Source: Campylobacterales bacterium (GTDB lineage Bacteria; Campylobacterota; Campylobacteria; Campylobacterales; QNZT01). From it: a stretch of DNA of 64,000 nt. Shown here one piece after another: positions 40,843 through 50,514 of the stretch. Where the stretch lies: positions 551-64,550 of the forward strand of contig JALVVN010000024.1 in the NCBI GenBank assembly GCA_027023405.1, written 5' to 3'. The notes under the pieces are model-generated. The model saw only the letters and a program-made list of their open reading frames with translations. It was not told where the DNA came from and did not search any database. Numbering within the stretch: position 1 is the stretch's first letter; each line of letters starts with the position of its first letter. The position numbers and the translations under genes are program-made.

Positions 40843-40918
40843 TGGTGGCCACGACAGGACTTGAACCTGTGACCACCACCATGTCAAGGTGGTGCTCTAC
40901 CAGCTGAGCTACGCGACC
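40843..40918 (-). tRNA. tRNA-Val (anticodon GAC), CCA encoded
   Basis: Hand-folded cloverleaf, 76 nt: acceptor GGUCGCG/CGUGGCC (two G-U pairs), D arm GCUC-AGCUGGUA-GAGC, anticodon arm CCACC-UUGACAU-GGUGG, variable UGGUC, T arm ACAGG-UUCAAGU-CCUGU, then ACCA. Confidence 0.9.
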
Positions 40919-40927
40919 ATTTTTAAA

Positions 40928-40950
40928 GAGTTGGGATTTTAACCCAACTT
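40928..40950 (-). terminator. hairpin between the M16 peptidase stop and the tRNA-Val 5' end
   Basis: AGTTGGG 40929-40935 pairs with CCCAACT 40943-40949, with a 7 nt loop. On the minus strand it is followed by TTTAAAAAT and then the tRNA. Confidence 0.4.
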
Positions 40951-40953
40951 CCC

Positions 40954-42933
40954 TTAAAGAGAACTTTCATAACTACTTACATGGGGTTTGACGAGAAACT
41001 GCTCGATATCCTCTTTGAGATGTTGTGCATTAGCACTTCTAAGATAGATCTCTTCACCGTCATCGAGGGTAAGTTTGAGTAGTTTTCTCCAAAAAAGCAA
41101 CGCATTTCCATAGACTTTACCCCGCGGTCGTGGGAAATAGGGAACCACTTCGAGACTTTTGATACGGTTGAGATCAATGTAGCGTGGTTTGACACCGGAG
41201 AGAATGAGCTGCTGATCGGTAGTAATAAAGAGACGGAGATAAAACCACCTAAAGAGTGTCTTGACGACAAGATAAGTGACAGCAATATCAATTACCGTCT
41301 CTAACACAAAAAGTAGGTAACTTTTGGGGATATCGTAGTAGTTTGGATAGATGGGATAGATTTTAGAGATCAAATACGCCACCCACTCATCAACAAATTC
41401 CGTTACCATTCCGATCAATATAGCGATGAGAAAGATGGTAAACCAATTGGTCATTGAGCGTTTCATCAGCACCTTTCGCTTGGGTACACGCGCAGTGATA
41501 AAACGGATAAAAAAGATGATAGAAATCACAAAGAGAATAAACATCAAAATAGAAGCTTCATAGGGGAAGAAGCGATAGTCGCGATGGAGCATCATATAGG
41601 CATGATCGGGTGTAAAGGTATCGTGAAGCACTTTTTTGAAATATTGCGGTGAGATACTCTCTAAGAGTTGATAGGGTGTTTTGGAGCCGGGGAACTCTCT
41701 TTGTTGCCAAATATAGGAATCCACCGAATCCATAAGAGATAGGGTATCGTGTTCTACTGCATCATAGTAGCTTCTTTTTTGCTTGAGCGCATCTTGAATG
41801 ACACTATCGTTGATATCCCCCCGCGCCTCTTTTTCGATCCATGCTTTTGCGATCTTGATATGTTCATCAAAATCTTTGTGCGGAGCACTGAAACTCACTT
41901 GCGCGATAGCGGCATTGCGATAACTATCAAGATAGCCTGAAACACCGTAAGCTTTGCCCTCTTTGTTGCGAAACTTTTTGAGGAGACGATCGGCGAGGGA
42001 GTCTGTATAAGCTTCAAGTGCGATCACTTTTTTGGGATCGTCCCGTAGTAGTTTAGCTCCTATTGTGACACTTGCACTATCATTTTCACCTCCGCTATAT
42101 CGGATATAGGGTTTATTATTGAGTTTAGCATCTTTAAATATAGGCTCTTCGACACTTTTACCTGATCGTTTAGGAACTTTTGCAAAGGTTTCATCGATGA
42201 GTTTTTTCATCTTTTGAAGATCATACTTACCGACGATCTTGAGTGTGATATTAGCAGGGAAATAGTAGGTGTGGTAGTGCTCCATCACCTGTTTGAGGGT
42301 AAATTTTTTATTGTTGAGTCTATAGTCGAGTGTGGATTGATAGTGGGGAACCTCTTTCAAGGGATCGATACTGAAATCGTGTTCATAGACATCGTCATTT
42401 GGTGGCAAAATTTTTCTAAGAAAGGTAAGCTTTTGGAAAAGTTGTCTAAAATCAGGAAGGAGATAATCCAGCCAGTTGGGTTCTCCGATCTCAAGCTGCA
42501 AAGCACCTTTCTCGACTTTCAAATCCTCTTCTGTGATATTTTTATCAAAGAGCATCGTATAGAAGCTTTTGGTGATCCAGTAAGCATTTTTAGGGCTGAT
42601 GGTAGTGACATAGCGGGTTTTATAGTAAGATGTGTAGCCGTTGACATTGGTCGCACCCTTGTCTTTGATAATGTTGTAATAATCTTTTCCCGGCACGCGT
42701 TGATCTCGAAACACGATATGTTCGACGAGATGTGATAGTCCGGCTGTCTCTTTGGTTTCTGCTTTCATTCCGACTTTGACTTCTGCTTCGATCGAGATGT
42801 TTTTCGCTTTGTCATCGGGGAGAAGATAGACTTTGAGTCCGTTTGGCAGGGTATAGTGTAGGAGATTTTTATAGGGATCGTCCGCGTAGGTAAAAGTTAC
42901 CCAAAAGAACAAAATCCAAATAAGTACTCTCAC
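40954..42933 (-). CDS. M16 (pitrilysin/insulinase) family zinc peptidase fused to a C-terminal multi-TM plus PH-like domain
   Basis: 659 aa: signal peptide [17 protein letters not shown] and the inverted zinc motif HLVEHIVF (HxxEH). About 440 aa form the M16 core. Three hydrophobic segments follow (ILMFILFVISIIFFIRFI; WFTIFLIAILIGMV; LLFVLETVIDIAVTYLVV), then a tail ITTDQQLILSGVKPRYIDLNRIKSLEV...LTLDDGEEIYL resembling bacterial PH (bPH_2) domains. Confidence 0.75.
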   Translation of the reverse strand: MRVLIWILFFWVTFTYADDPYKNLLHYTLPNGLKVYLLPDDKAKNISIEAEVKVGMKAETKETAGLSHLVEHIVFRDQRVPGKDYYNIIKDKGATNVNGYTSYYKTRYVTTISPKNAYWITKSFYTMLFDKNITEEDLKVEKGALQLEIGEPNWLDYLLPDFRQLFQKLTFLRKILPPNDDVYEHDFSIDPLKEVPHYQSTLDYRLNNKKFTLKQVMEHYHTYYFPANITLKIVGKYDLQKMKKLIDETFAKVPKRSGKSVEEPIFKDAKLNNKPYIRYSGGENDSASVTIGAKLLRDDPKKVIALEAYTDSLADRLLKKFRNKEGKAYGVSGYLDSYRNAAIAQVSFSAPHKDFDEHIKIAKAWIEKEARGDINDSVIQDALKQKRSYYDAVEHDTLSLMDSVDSYIWQQREFPGSKTPYQLLESISPQYFKKVLHDTFTPDHAYMMLHRDYRFFPYEASILMFILFVISIIFFIRFITARVPKRKVLMKRSMTNWFTIFLIAILIGMVTEFVDEWVAYLISKIYPIYPNYYDIPKSYLLFVLETVIDIAVTYLVVKTLFRWFYLRLFITTDQQLILSGVKPRYIDLNRIKSLEVVPYFPRPRGKVYGNALLFWRKLLKLTLDDGEEIYLRSANAQHLKEDIEQFLVKPHVSSYESSL

Positions 42934-43379
42934 GACTCATGTGTCCTCAAATAGGAGATAAGCAAGATCAAAGCGACTCCAAGATCAATCATCACATCGG
43001 CAAAGTTGAAGATCCCGGGAAAATCAAACCCGCAGTGCCAGTGAAAATAGTCCACGACACCCGGATGTCGAAAGCGATCGACAAGATTACTGATCCCACC
43101 ACCGAGTACCAATCCAATAGGAAGGGCATACTTTTGCAAGACGGTTTTATTGTAGAGTACATACAAAGCGACACCTGCAATGAGTACGACTTGAATATAT
43201 TTGAGGTATTTTCCCAAAAATGCAAACATTGAGAAAGCGACCCCGTCATTATAGACCAAACTCAAAGTAAAACAGTCGTGGTCAAAACGGTAACCGCCCA
43301 AGAAGATGATCTTGATGATTTGATCCACAAGGATCACGCTCATCATTGCCGTAAAAAAGTAGATAATCGATCTAGCCAT
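42930..43379 (-). CDS. lspA: lipoprotein signal peptidase (signal peptidase II)
   Basis: 149 aa: [32 protein letters not shown]. Confidence 0.92.
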   Translation of the reverse strand: MARSIIYFFTAMMSVILVDQIIKIIFLGGYRFDHDCFTLSLVYNDGVAFSMFAFLGKYLKYIQVVLIAGVALYVLYNKTVLQKYALPIGLVLGGGISNLVDRFRHPGVVDYFHWHCGFDFPGIFNFADVMIDLGVALILLISYLRTHES

Positions 43380-44712
43380 TGAGCCTCTTAGTAAAAAATT
43401 CTAATAACTCGCCCATTTTATCGTGAACAGCTTTAGAATCTTTACCTTCTAGCAAAACGCGGAGCAAATTTTCAGTTCCACTGTATCGAATGAGTGGTCG
43501 AAAGCCTTGATTTTCAAGCTCTTTGACAAGTTCACTATAACCTTCAATCTCTTCAAGCGGTATCTTCTTCTTGATTTTGATATTTTCCAAAACTTGCGGA
43601 TAGAGATCAAAGGGGTTGAGAACCTGGCTTGCCGGTGCCTTCTTTCTCAAGATATAGGCGACGACTTGAAGTGCGGCGGCAAGCGCATCCCCCGTCTTGG
43701 CGTAATCACTAAGAATGATATGACCACTCTGTTCACCACCGAGGTTAAGCCCCTCTTTTTGCATCACTTCCAAAACATATTTATCACCGACATTACAGCG
43801 AAACAGCTCGATCTCTTGACCTTTTAGGAAGTCACACAAACCTTGGTTGCTCATGACAGTGGCTACGATACCGTTGTTGCTGAGTCTATTTTGCTCTTTG
43901 AGGTGCATCGCCAGTACGCCGATTAGCTTGTCACCGTGCACGATCTCGCCTCTCTCATCGACGACGACAATCCGATCCGCGTCCCCGTCAAAAGCAAAGC
44001 CGATATCAGCACGAAGTCGTCGTACCTCCTCGCCGAGTTTTTGCGGATGAAGTGCACCGCAACTCTCATTGATATTTCGACCATTGGGTTGGTCATTGAG
44101 GGTAATCACATCCGCACCAAGTTCACTAAAGACAGTTGGGGCGACTTTGTAAGCTGCACCGTTTGCAACATCGAGTACGACACGAAGACCGCTGAGCGCC
44201 ATCGACTTGGGAAGAGAGTTTTTGATATGGACGATATAGCGACCGATGACATCGTCGATCCGTTTGGATTGTCCGATGTTCATATTTGTGGCTTGGTGCT
44301 CATTGATGAGGTCATCGTTAAAGTAGATTGCTTCGATTTGTGCTTCGATCTTCTCTCCGAGTTTGTTTCCTCGTTTGTCGAAAAATTTGATACCGTTATC
44401 GTGGTAGTCATTATGTGAAGCGGAGATCATAATACCGGCGTCACATCTAAGATCTTCAGTCAAAAAAGCGATAGCAGGTGTGGGCATAGGACCGATTTGT
44501 CGTACATCATAGCCGACTGCGGTTAGACCGGATACAATCGCATTCTCAATCATATAGCCACTTCGCCTGGTATCTTTCCCGACTAATATTTTGTTTGTTT
44601 TAGAGTATTTACGAAAATAGATCCCCGCAGCCATTGCAAGTCGCATTGCAACCATCGCCGTCAATTTTTCACCTGCCATACCGCGAACGCCGTCTGTTCC
44701 AAAAAGTTTCAT
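43372..44712 (-). CDS. glmM: phosphoglucosamine mutase
   Basis: [27 protein letters not shown] (phosphoserine loop), [15 protein letters not shown] prefer ATG 44712, which is 7 nt after AAGGA, over the track's TTG 44718. Confidence 0.95.
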   Translation of the reverse strand: MKLFGTDGVRGMAGEKLTAMVAMRLAMAAGIYFRKYSKTNKILVGKDTRRSGYMIENAIVSGLTAVGYDVRQIGPMPTPAIAFLTEDLRCDAGIMISASHNDYHDNGIKFFDKRGNKLGEKIEAQIEAIYFNDDLINEHQATNMNIGQSKRIDDVIGRYIVHIKNSLPKSMALSGLRVVLDVANGAAYKVAPTVFSELGADVITLNDQPNGRNINESCGALHPQKLGEEVRRLRADIGFAFDGDADRIVVVDERGEIVHGDKLIGVLAMHLKEQNRLSNNGIVATVMSNQGLCDFLKGQEIELFRCNVGDKYVLEVMQKEGLNLGGEQSGHIILSDYAKTGDALAAALQVVAYILRKKAPASQVLNPFDLYPQVLENIKIKKKIPLEEIEGYSELVKELENQGFRPLIRYSGTENLLRVLLEGKDSKAVHDKMGELLEFFTKRLNG

Positions 44713-44900
44713 GCACAAATCCTTATAAATTCAAATAATTTAATTATATTCTATAACTTCAATATCGGCTAAGCCTTTAAAAAGTTTATCCAATTTTTGT
44801 AAGGTATCTGTTACTGCTAAAAAAATGCTGAAATTAAGGTCACTTTTAGCAATAGTTGGATAAAATCGCTCACTAAAAATTCCAAGAAGGATATAAAAGT

Positions 44901-45173
44901 ATGGCAAATCACAAGTCCGCTCTCAAAAGAGTAAGACAAACGGCAAAGCGAACGGAAAGAAACAGATTTTATAAAACAAGAATCAAAAATATCACTCGAG
45001 CTATCCACGAAGCGGTAGAAGCAGGTGATAAAGAGAAGGCGATGGAAGCTTTCAAAGTGGCAAATAAAAAATTCCACTCATTCGTGAGCAAAGGAATCCT
45101 CAAAAAAAATACTGCCGCTAGAAAAGTTAGCCGTCTAAATAAGCTTGTCAAGTCACTTAGCGAAGCTGCTTAA
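44901..45173 (+). CDS. rpsT: 30S ribosomal protein S20
   Basis: 90 aa: [22 protein letters not shown]... Confidence 0.96.
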   Translation: MANHKSALKRVRQTAKRTERNRFYKTRIKNITRAIHEAVEAGDKEKAMEAFKVANKKFHSFVSKGILKKNTAARKVSRLNKLVKSLSEAA

Positions 45174-45195
45174 TTAGCGGTCTCGCACCTCATCG

Positions 45196-46263
45196 ATGTT
45201 AAAATCAAAACTTCAACCCTTTCTCGATCGTTATAACGAGATCACCACGCTTCTTTCAAGCCCTGAAATTACCAGTGATATCAAAAAAATGACTGATCTC
45301 TCAAGAGAGCAGAAGCAGATCGAACCACTCAAAGAGAAAGCCGAAGAGTATCTGCAAGTGTGTCAAGATATCGAGGACAACAAAGAGATGCTTGAGGATA
45401 AAGAGCTTGGTGAGTTAGCAAAAGAGGAGCTAAAAGAGCTTGAACCGCGTAAAATAGAGATCGAGGAGGAGATCAAGATCTTGATGCTTCCGCGTGATCC
45501 CAATGACGATCGCAATATCTACCTAGAGATGCGTGCAGGTACCGGTGGTGATGAGGCAGCACTCTTTGTGGGAGATCTCTTCAAAGCCTATGTGCGTTAT
45601 GCGGAAAATCAGGGATGGAAAGTGGAGATCGTAAACTCATCCGAAGGTACGGTGGACGGTTACAAAGAGATGATCGTACTCATCAAGGGTGAGGGTGCCT
45701 ACTCCAAACTCAAACACGAAGGGGGTACCCACCGGGTCCAGCGCGTCCCTGCGACTGAATCACAAGGGCGTGTCCATACCTCTGCGATTACTGTCGCGGT
45801 AATGCCGGAAGTGGATGATGTCGAGATCGAGATTAATGAGAACGACCTTAAGATCGATGTGATGCGAAGTAGCGGATGCGGTGGACAGTCGGTCAATACT
45901 ACCGACAGTGCCGTGCGGATCACCCATCTTCCTACCGGTATCGTCGTCACTAACCAAGATCAAAAATCACAGCACAAAAACAAAGACAAAGCGATGAAAG
46001 TTCTCAAAGCAAGACTCTATGATCTCGAACTTCAAAAGCAACAAGAGGAGTTGGGAGCAGATAGAAAGAGTCAAGTAGGAACAGGTGATCGAAGCGGAAG
46101 GATTCGTACTTACAACTATCCCCAAAACCGTATCACCGATCATCGCATCAACCTTACCCTCTATCGTCTTGATGCGATTATGGAGGGGGGACTCTTTGAT
46201 GAGATCATCGATCCTCTCATCCAACACTACCAAGCAGAGCAAATGAAAGAGGCGGGTCTTTAG
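45196..46263 (+). CDS. prfA: peptide chain release factor 1
   Basis: 355 aa with the RF1-specific PAT tripeptide ([13 protein letters not shown]) and the GGQ motif ([16 protein letters not shown]). Confidence 0.96.
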   Translation: MLKSKLQPFLDRYNEITTLLSSPEITSDIKKMTDLSREQKQIEPLKEKAEEYLQVCQDIEDNKEMLEDKELGELAKEELKELEPRKIEIEEEIKILMLPRDPNDDRNIYLEMRAGTGGDEAALFVGDLFKAYVRYAENQGWKVEIVNSSEGTVDGYKEMIVLIKGEGAYSKLKHEGGTHRVQRVPATESQGRVHTSAITVAVMPEVDDVEIEINENDLKIDVMRSSGCGGQSVNTTDSAVRITHLPTGIVVTNQDQKSQHKNKDKAMKVLKARLYDLELQKQQEELGADRKSQVGTGDRSGRIRTYNYPQNRITDHRINLTLYRLDAIMEGGLFDEIIDPLIQHYQAEQMKEAGL

Positions 46264-46295
46264 CTTCGGTACATTTAATTTCATAGGAGTTTTTA

Positions 46296-47069
46296 ATGAC
46301 TAAAACATTGAGTATGATGGCAATGTTTGGAATATTGCTTTTAGCAGGGTGTGGTGGAGATAGTACCTCTCCAAATTTTAGTAGTCCTATCATAACACAA
46401 CCCAAACCAAGCGATAATGAACTCTCTGAATTTTTCAAGATACCACTCAATAAATCAGAGTGGAATAACGGGATTTTTGTAGGAGGGACTGTTATGAATA
46501 GGGCGCTGGGAAATGGACTGAAAAGAACTTACTACTATCCGTCAGAGTCCAATGCGACTATGCAATTAACCGAAGAGTTTTATAAACAAGATAATACTCC
46601 GGAGGAGTTTTTTCAAAGGGTTGAAGCCTATCGAAAGCAGAATGAGTATAAAGATCAATTTACTTGGCAAGAACTTAGCAAAGATCAAGAGACTATTTTT
46701 GTAAAAGCTACCTATTCTGAATCAGAAACAGTGAAATATGACGAATATATGAAGTTCTTACTCAAAAACAAGAAAATGTATACATTGTCGTTACTCTTTA
46801 ATGAGAAACTTCAAGATAATCCGGAAATAGTCAAGTGGATAAAGATACTTCAAGATGCAAATGTGACAACCATCAAATATATACCGACTCATATACCTCG
46901 TTGTACCATCGAGGGTAATCAGGTCATAGGATTAGAGGGGAAAACATGCTCCGACAATGCTGAAAACGAACTCACCTGTAACCAAGGCAGACCGACACTC
47001 AATCATACATTCACAGCAGGTGCCGGAAAGTCTATTGATATGAATGGTGTAGAGTATAGGTGCCAATAA
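46296..47069 (+). CDS. lipoprotein (hypothetical) with a Cys-containing C-terminal module
   Basis: 257 aa with lipobox LLLAGCGG. Four Cys in the last ~55 aa (CTIEG...CSDN...CNQG...YRCQ). No family recognised. Confidence 0.6.
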   Translation: MTKTLSMMAMFGILLLAGCGGDSTSPNFSSPIITQPKPSDNELSEFFKIPLNKSEWNNGIFVGGTVMNRALGNGLKRTYYYPSESNATMQLTEEFYKQDNTPEEFFQRVEAYRKQNEYKDQFTWQELSKDQETIFVKATYSESETVKYDEYMKFLLKNKKMYTLSLLFNEKLQDNPEIVKWIKILQDANVTTIKYIPTHIPRCTIEGNQVIGLEGKTCSDNAENELTCNQGRPTLNHTFTAGAGKSIDMNGVEYRCQ

Positions 47070-47241
47070 AAATATGACTCTTCATAGCTTTAGGCATTAT
47101 CTTTAAACTCAAAGTGCATCCCTATTACCCTTTTTCTGGGGTGATGGCGTGTGAGCTACTTTTTCCTTTTAAGATCGAACAAGCCGTTCATAACTCCCTC
47201 TAAATGAGATTTTTATCCCGTACTATCTGCTGACATTTGGG

Positions 47242-47586
47242 TTGGCACAAAGTATAGTAAAGAGGTTTGGATTATCAAGCAGGAGCTTATCGGGGCTATT
47301 GACTGCTCTCATCCCTTTTCCTTGTCGAACGATTAGGATCTTTGATACTTGTATTAAATATACTTTATACAGAAAACTCTACGCACCTAAAAAAGAGTTT
47401 TTCACTTTTGAGTACTCGGCACACAGCCCTATTGCGGAAGAGTATGAGAAGTTTAACAAGCTTGTAATCAACATCAAAAAGGAAACCATGGGCTATAAAC
47501 TCGACATCGTGGCAGGTGTAGTACTTGTAGATACAAGCTATCCTCAAGATTTGAAGATACTTCACTTATCCCAAAAAGTCAAATGA
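47242..47586 (+). other. doubtful ORF inside a 669 bp gene-poor gap (possible gene remnant); not called as CDS
   Basis: 114 aa ORF with a TTG start and no Shine-Dalgarno motif. The N-terminal half looks non-protein-like. Only the last ~60 aa look protein-like (KEFFTFEYSAHSPIAEEYEKFNKLVINIKKETMGYKLDIV...). An internal ATG at 47488 follows AAGGA. Confidence 0.2.
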
Positions 47587-47738
47587 AAGCATTTGCTCAT
47601 CTTGATATCTGTGGTCAAGAGGTTTTGGATGTGATAAAAGTCATTGGTAAAGATGGATAAAGTCGATATGCTGCTCATATCAGTGATATCTCTTAGTTTG
47701 TTATGAGATAATACCAAAACTACAAACAAAGGCAAAAG

Positions 47739-48419
47739 ATGGACCAAACCGTCCTCATCACAGGTGGAAACAAAGGCATTGGCTTAGAGCTTACCAAACT
47801 ATTTTTAGAGTTAAGATATCGCATCATCGTAGTGGCTAGAGACTTTAGTGATTTTGCATATCATGATAATGTAGAGTGCATCAAATACGACTTGATAGAT
47901 GTCAAGAATATTCCCAAACTCGTCGATTCTATGGGCAAGATAGATATTCTTATCAACAATGCAGGGGTGATGTACTCTCTACCCTACGATCATTATCCTC
48001 AGGAGAAGGTGGAATCTATGCTCAAACTCAACCTTGAAGCGCCTATTAAACTTATAGAAGAGTGCGTGAAAGCAGGAGCAAGGCGAATTGTCAATAATGC
48101 TTCTATCGCGGGTCAAATCGGGCATCCTGATGTATGGTATGGAGTGACGAAGGCAGGGTTGATCAATGCTACTAAAAGTTTTGCAAAGATCTTTGAAGGC
48201 AGTGTGGTGATCAATGCAGTAGCCCCAAGCCCTGTAGAGACAGATATGCTAGAGGTCATTCCGCTTGAGAGAAGAGAGGCATTTTTAAAAACGGTGGTTT
48301 CAAATCGCTTCGCTACTGCCGATGAGGTAGCAAAGGTGATAGTTTGGCTAGCGACGGAATCACCTGAGTATATCAACGGTATTACGATCGATATTAATAA
48401 CGGATCATATATGCGATGA
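47739..48419 (+). CDS. short-chain dehydrogenase/reductase (SDR) family oxidoreductase
   Basis: 226 aa: TGGNKGIG, NNAG, and catalytic YGVTK. Confidence 0.85.
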   Translation: MDQTVLITGGNKGIGLELTKLFLELRYRIIVVARDFSDFAYHDNVECIKYDLIDVKNIPKLVDSMGKIDILINNAGVMYSLPYDHYPQEKVESMLKLNLEAPIKLIEECVKAGARRIVNNASIAGQIGHPDVWYGVTKAGLINATKSFAKIFEGSVVINAVAPSPVETDMLEVIPLERREAFLKTVVSNRFATADEVAKVIVWLATESPEYINGITIDINNGSYMR

Positions 48420-49195
48420 AACAAAAAATCTACCAAATAGACGCCTTTGCCAATAAACTTTTTGAGGGTAATCCCGCAATGGTTTGCCCTTTGGATGAGT
48501 GGATTAGTGATGATCTAATGCAACAGATAGCAGAAGAGAATAACCTCTCTGAAACAGCTTTTTTTGTGAAAACAGATGAAAAATATCAACTGCGTTGGTT
48601 CACGCCCAAAAGTGAAGTCGAGATGTGTGGACATGCAACACTGGCGAGTGCTTATGTGTTATTTGAATGTTTAGGCTACGATAGTGAAACTATTATTTTT
48701 GAAACAAAAAGTGGTGATTTGACGGTACAAAAAGAGGGTGAAAAGTTTGTGATGGATTTCCCGATGCAGACCATCGTGCCCTCTCTTGTCGAAAGAGAGA
48801 TAGAAGAGGCATTTGGTGTCAAACCGGTGGCTCTATTTGCGTCGATGGACTACATCGTCATCTTTGAGCATGAGCATGATGTCTTAAACGCTCAGCCCGA
48901 TCTTACTCTTCTAAAAAAGCTTGATCTTCGTGGTGTATGTATCACAGCTAAAAGCCAAAAGTACGATTTTGTCACACGATTTTTCGCACCCAAATACGGT
49001 ATAGATGAAGATCCCGTAACCGGTTCGGCATTTACACAATTGGTAGGTTACTGGAGTCAAGTACAGGGGAAGAGAAGCTTTCATGCCAAGCAACTCTCAA
49101 ACCGTGGTGGTGAGGTGTGGTGTGAGATTGTGGGCGACAGGGTAAAGTTATCGGGGAAGTGTGTAAAATATTTAGAGGGCGAGATAGAAGTATGA
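48416..49195 (+). CDS. PhzF-family isomerase/epimerase-like protein
   Basis: 259 aa: IYQIDAFANKLFEGNPAMVC, SETAF, RWFTP..EVEMCGHATLAS, EDPVTGSA. ATGA overlap with the SDR gene. Confidence 0.85.
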   Translation: MKQKIYQIDAFANKLFEGNPAMVCPLDEWISDDLMQQIAEENNLSETAFFVKTDEKYQLRWFTPKSEVEMCGHATLASAYVLFECLGYDSETIIFETKSGDLTVQKEGEKFVMDFPMQTIVPSLVEREIEEAFGVKPVALFASMDYIVIFEHEHDVLNAQPDLTLLKKLDLRGVCITAKSQKYDFVTRFFAPKYGIDEDPVTGSAFTQLVGYWSQVQGKRSFHAKQLSNRGGEVWCEIVGDRVKLSGKCVKYLEGEIEV

Positions 49196-50514
49196 AAAAA
49201 ACAAAGTATATTGAGAAGAAGATCCAAAGAGTACCCGGCTTTTCATGGTTTGGGAAAAATATTGGTATTAAAGATGATACTTTTGATTTTGGTGGCATTT
49301 TATCAGATATGCCGTGTCATGTGGCAGCAGTTTTTACGAAGAATAGTATGCCGGGTGCGCCGATCATTGTGGGCAAAGAGCACATATCTAATGGTAAACT
49401 TCAAGCCATTATCGTCAATTCAAAAAATGCGAATGTAGCAACAGAGTTAAAAGGAGTTGAAGATTCTAAACAAATTTGCAAACTTGTTGCAAAAGAGTGT
49501 GGTATAAAGGAGGATATGGTGTTGCCCTCTTCTACGGGAGTGATAGGGGTTCGACTTCCTATGGAGACTATTGCCAAAGGGTGTGAAAATCTGGCAGATG
49601 ACTTTTGGAAAAGTGAAGCTCATATCGAAGCATTTGCCAAAAGTATCATGACGACAGATACAAGACCAAAATGGATCAGTGCTAAAGTTGGAAGTGCTAC
49701 GCTTTTTGGTGTCGCCAAGGGAGCGGGGATGATTGAGCCCAATATGGCGACGATGTTATGCTATTTTGTCTCCGACGCTGATCTATCTTCTGAAGTATTG
49801 CAGGGGATGCTGAAAAGAGTAGCTGATAAATCGTTTAACAGAATATCGGTCGATACTGATACCTCTACAAGTGATACAGTGGTGCTTATGACCAGTGGTC
49901 TAAGCGGATCAGTGGATGAGGTAAAATTTGAAGAGGCTTTAGAAGAAATGGCTATCTATCTTGCAAAAGAGATCGCACGAGATGGAGAAGGAGCTACGAA
50001 GCTCATCGAACTCACAGTTTCTGGGGCACAAACACAAGATCAGGCATTGCGAACGGCAAAATCTGTTATTAATTCACCATTGGTAAAAACAGCGATATAC
50101 GGCGCTGATCCAAATTGGGGACGCTTTGTGATGGCGATTGGTAAGGTATTTGATTATGAAGTAGATATTAATGCGCTGAAGATCTATTTCGGTAAAGGCG
50201 AAAAGAAGCTGATGATCAATGCGTCGATGCTAGATCGGGAGATTGTATCGCTAGACGATATTTCCGAACTTTTGAGGCAAGATGAAGTTTTTATCGAAAT
50301 CGTTTTGGGAGACGGTATGTATTGTGAAACGGTATGGGGGTGCGATTTGACAGAAGAGTATGTGCGGGTGAATGCACACTATTGGGTTAGTGTTGTTGGG
50401 GGTTATGCCTTTAGCCCTACAACACAAACGCACTCAACAACCCGATCAGCCCGCCAAAAACACCTCCCCACACGACTAGCCATCCTAAGTGCTTGCGCAT
50501 CAGATCTTGCATGA
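49192..50514 (+). CDS. argJ: bifunctional ornithine acetyltransferase / N-acetylglutamate synthase ArgJ, with an anomalous ~44 aa C-terminal extension
   Basis: I prefer ATG 49192, which overlaps the phzF-like stop as ATGA. ArgJ motifs: GFSWFGKNIGIK, AKGAGMIEPNMATML (autoprocessing site), and CDLTEEYVRVNAHY near the usual C-terminus. The ORF continues to 50514, overlapping the convergent gene. Confidence 0.88.
   Translation: MKKTKYIEKKIQRVPGFSWFGKNIGIKDDTFDFGGILSDMPCHVAAVFTKNSMPGAPIIVGKEHISNGKLQAIIVNSKNANVATELKGVEDSKQICKLVAKECGIKEDMVLPSSTGVIGVRLPMETIAKGCENLADDFWKSEAHIEAFAKSIMTTDTRPKWISAKVGSATLFGVAKGAGMIEPNMATMLCYFVSDADLSSEVLQGMLKRVADKSFNRISVDTDTSTSDTVVLMTSGLSGSVDEVKFEEALEEMAIYLAKEIARDGEGATKLIELTVSGAQTQDQALRTAKSVINSPLVKTAIYGADPNWGRFVMAIGKVFDYEVDINALKIYFGKGEKKLMINASMLDREIVSLDDISELLRQDEVFIEIVLGDGMYCETVWGCDLTEEYVRVNAHYWVSVVGGYAFSPTTQTHSTTRSARQKHLPTRLAILSACASDLA

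Noticed and set aside
38063-40918. Genomic island integrated at tRNA-Val.
   Set aside because: I could not find an integrase, a phage or transposon gene, or a direct repeat of the tRNA 3' end between the tRNA and thrS. The composition looks similar to the flanks. Only the adhesin-like gene is present, and it is kept as a low-interest finding.
42214-44418. Long antisense ORFs (173 aa at 42214..42735 opposite the M16 peptidase; 160 aa at 43936..44418 opposite glmM; also 143 aa at 28429..28860 opposite the aminotransferase).
   Set aside because: Antisense frames of strongly biased coding sequence are often stop-poor. These have no RBS and no recognisable motifs, while the sense genes are unambiguous.
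45196-46263. Release-factor programmed +1 frameshift, as in prfB.
   Set aside because: The protein carries the RF1 PAT motif and is a single uninterrupted ORF, and prfA genes are not frameshifted.
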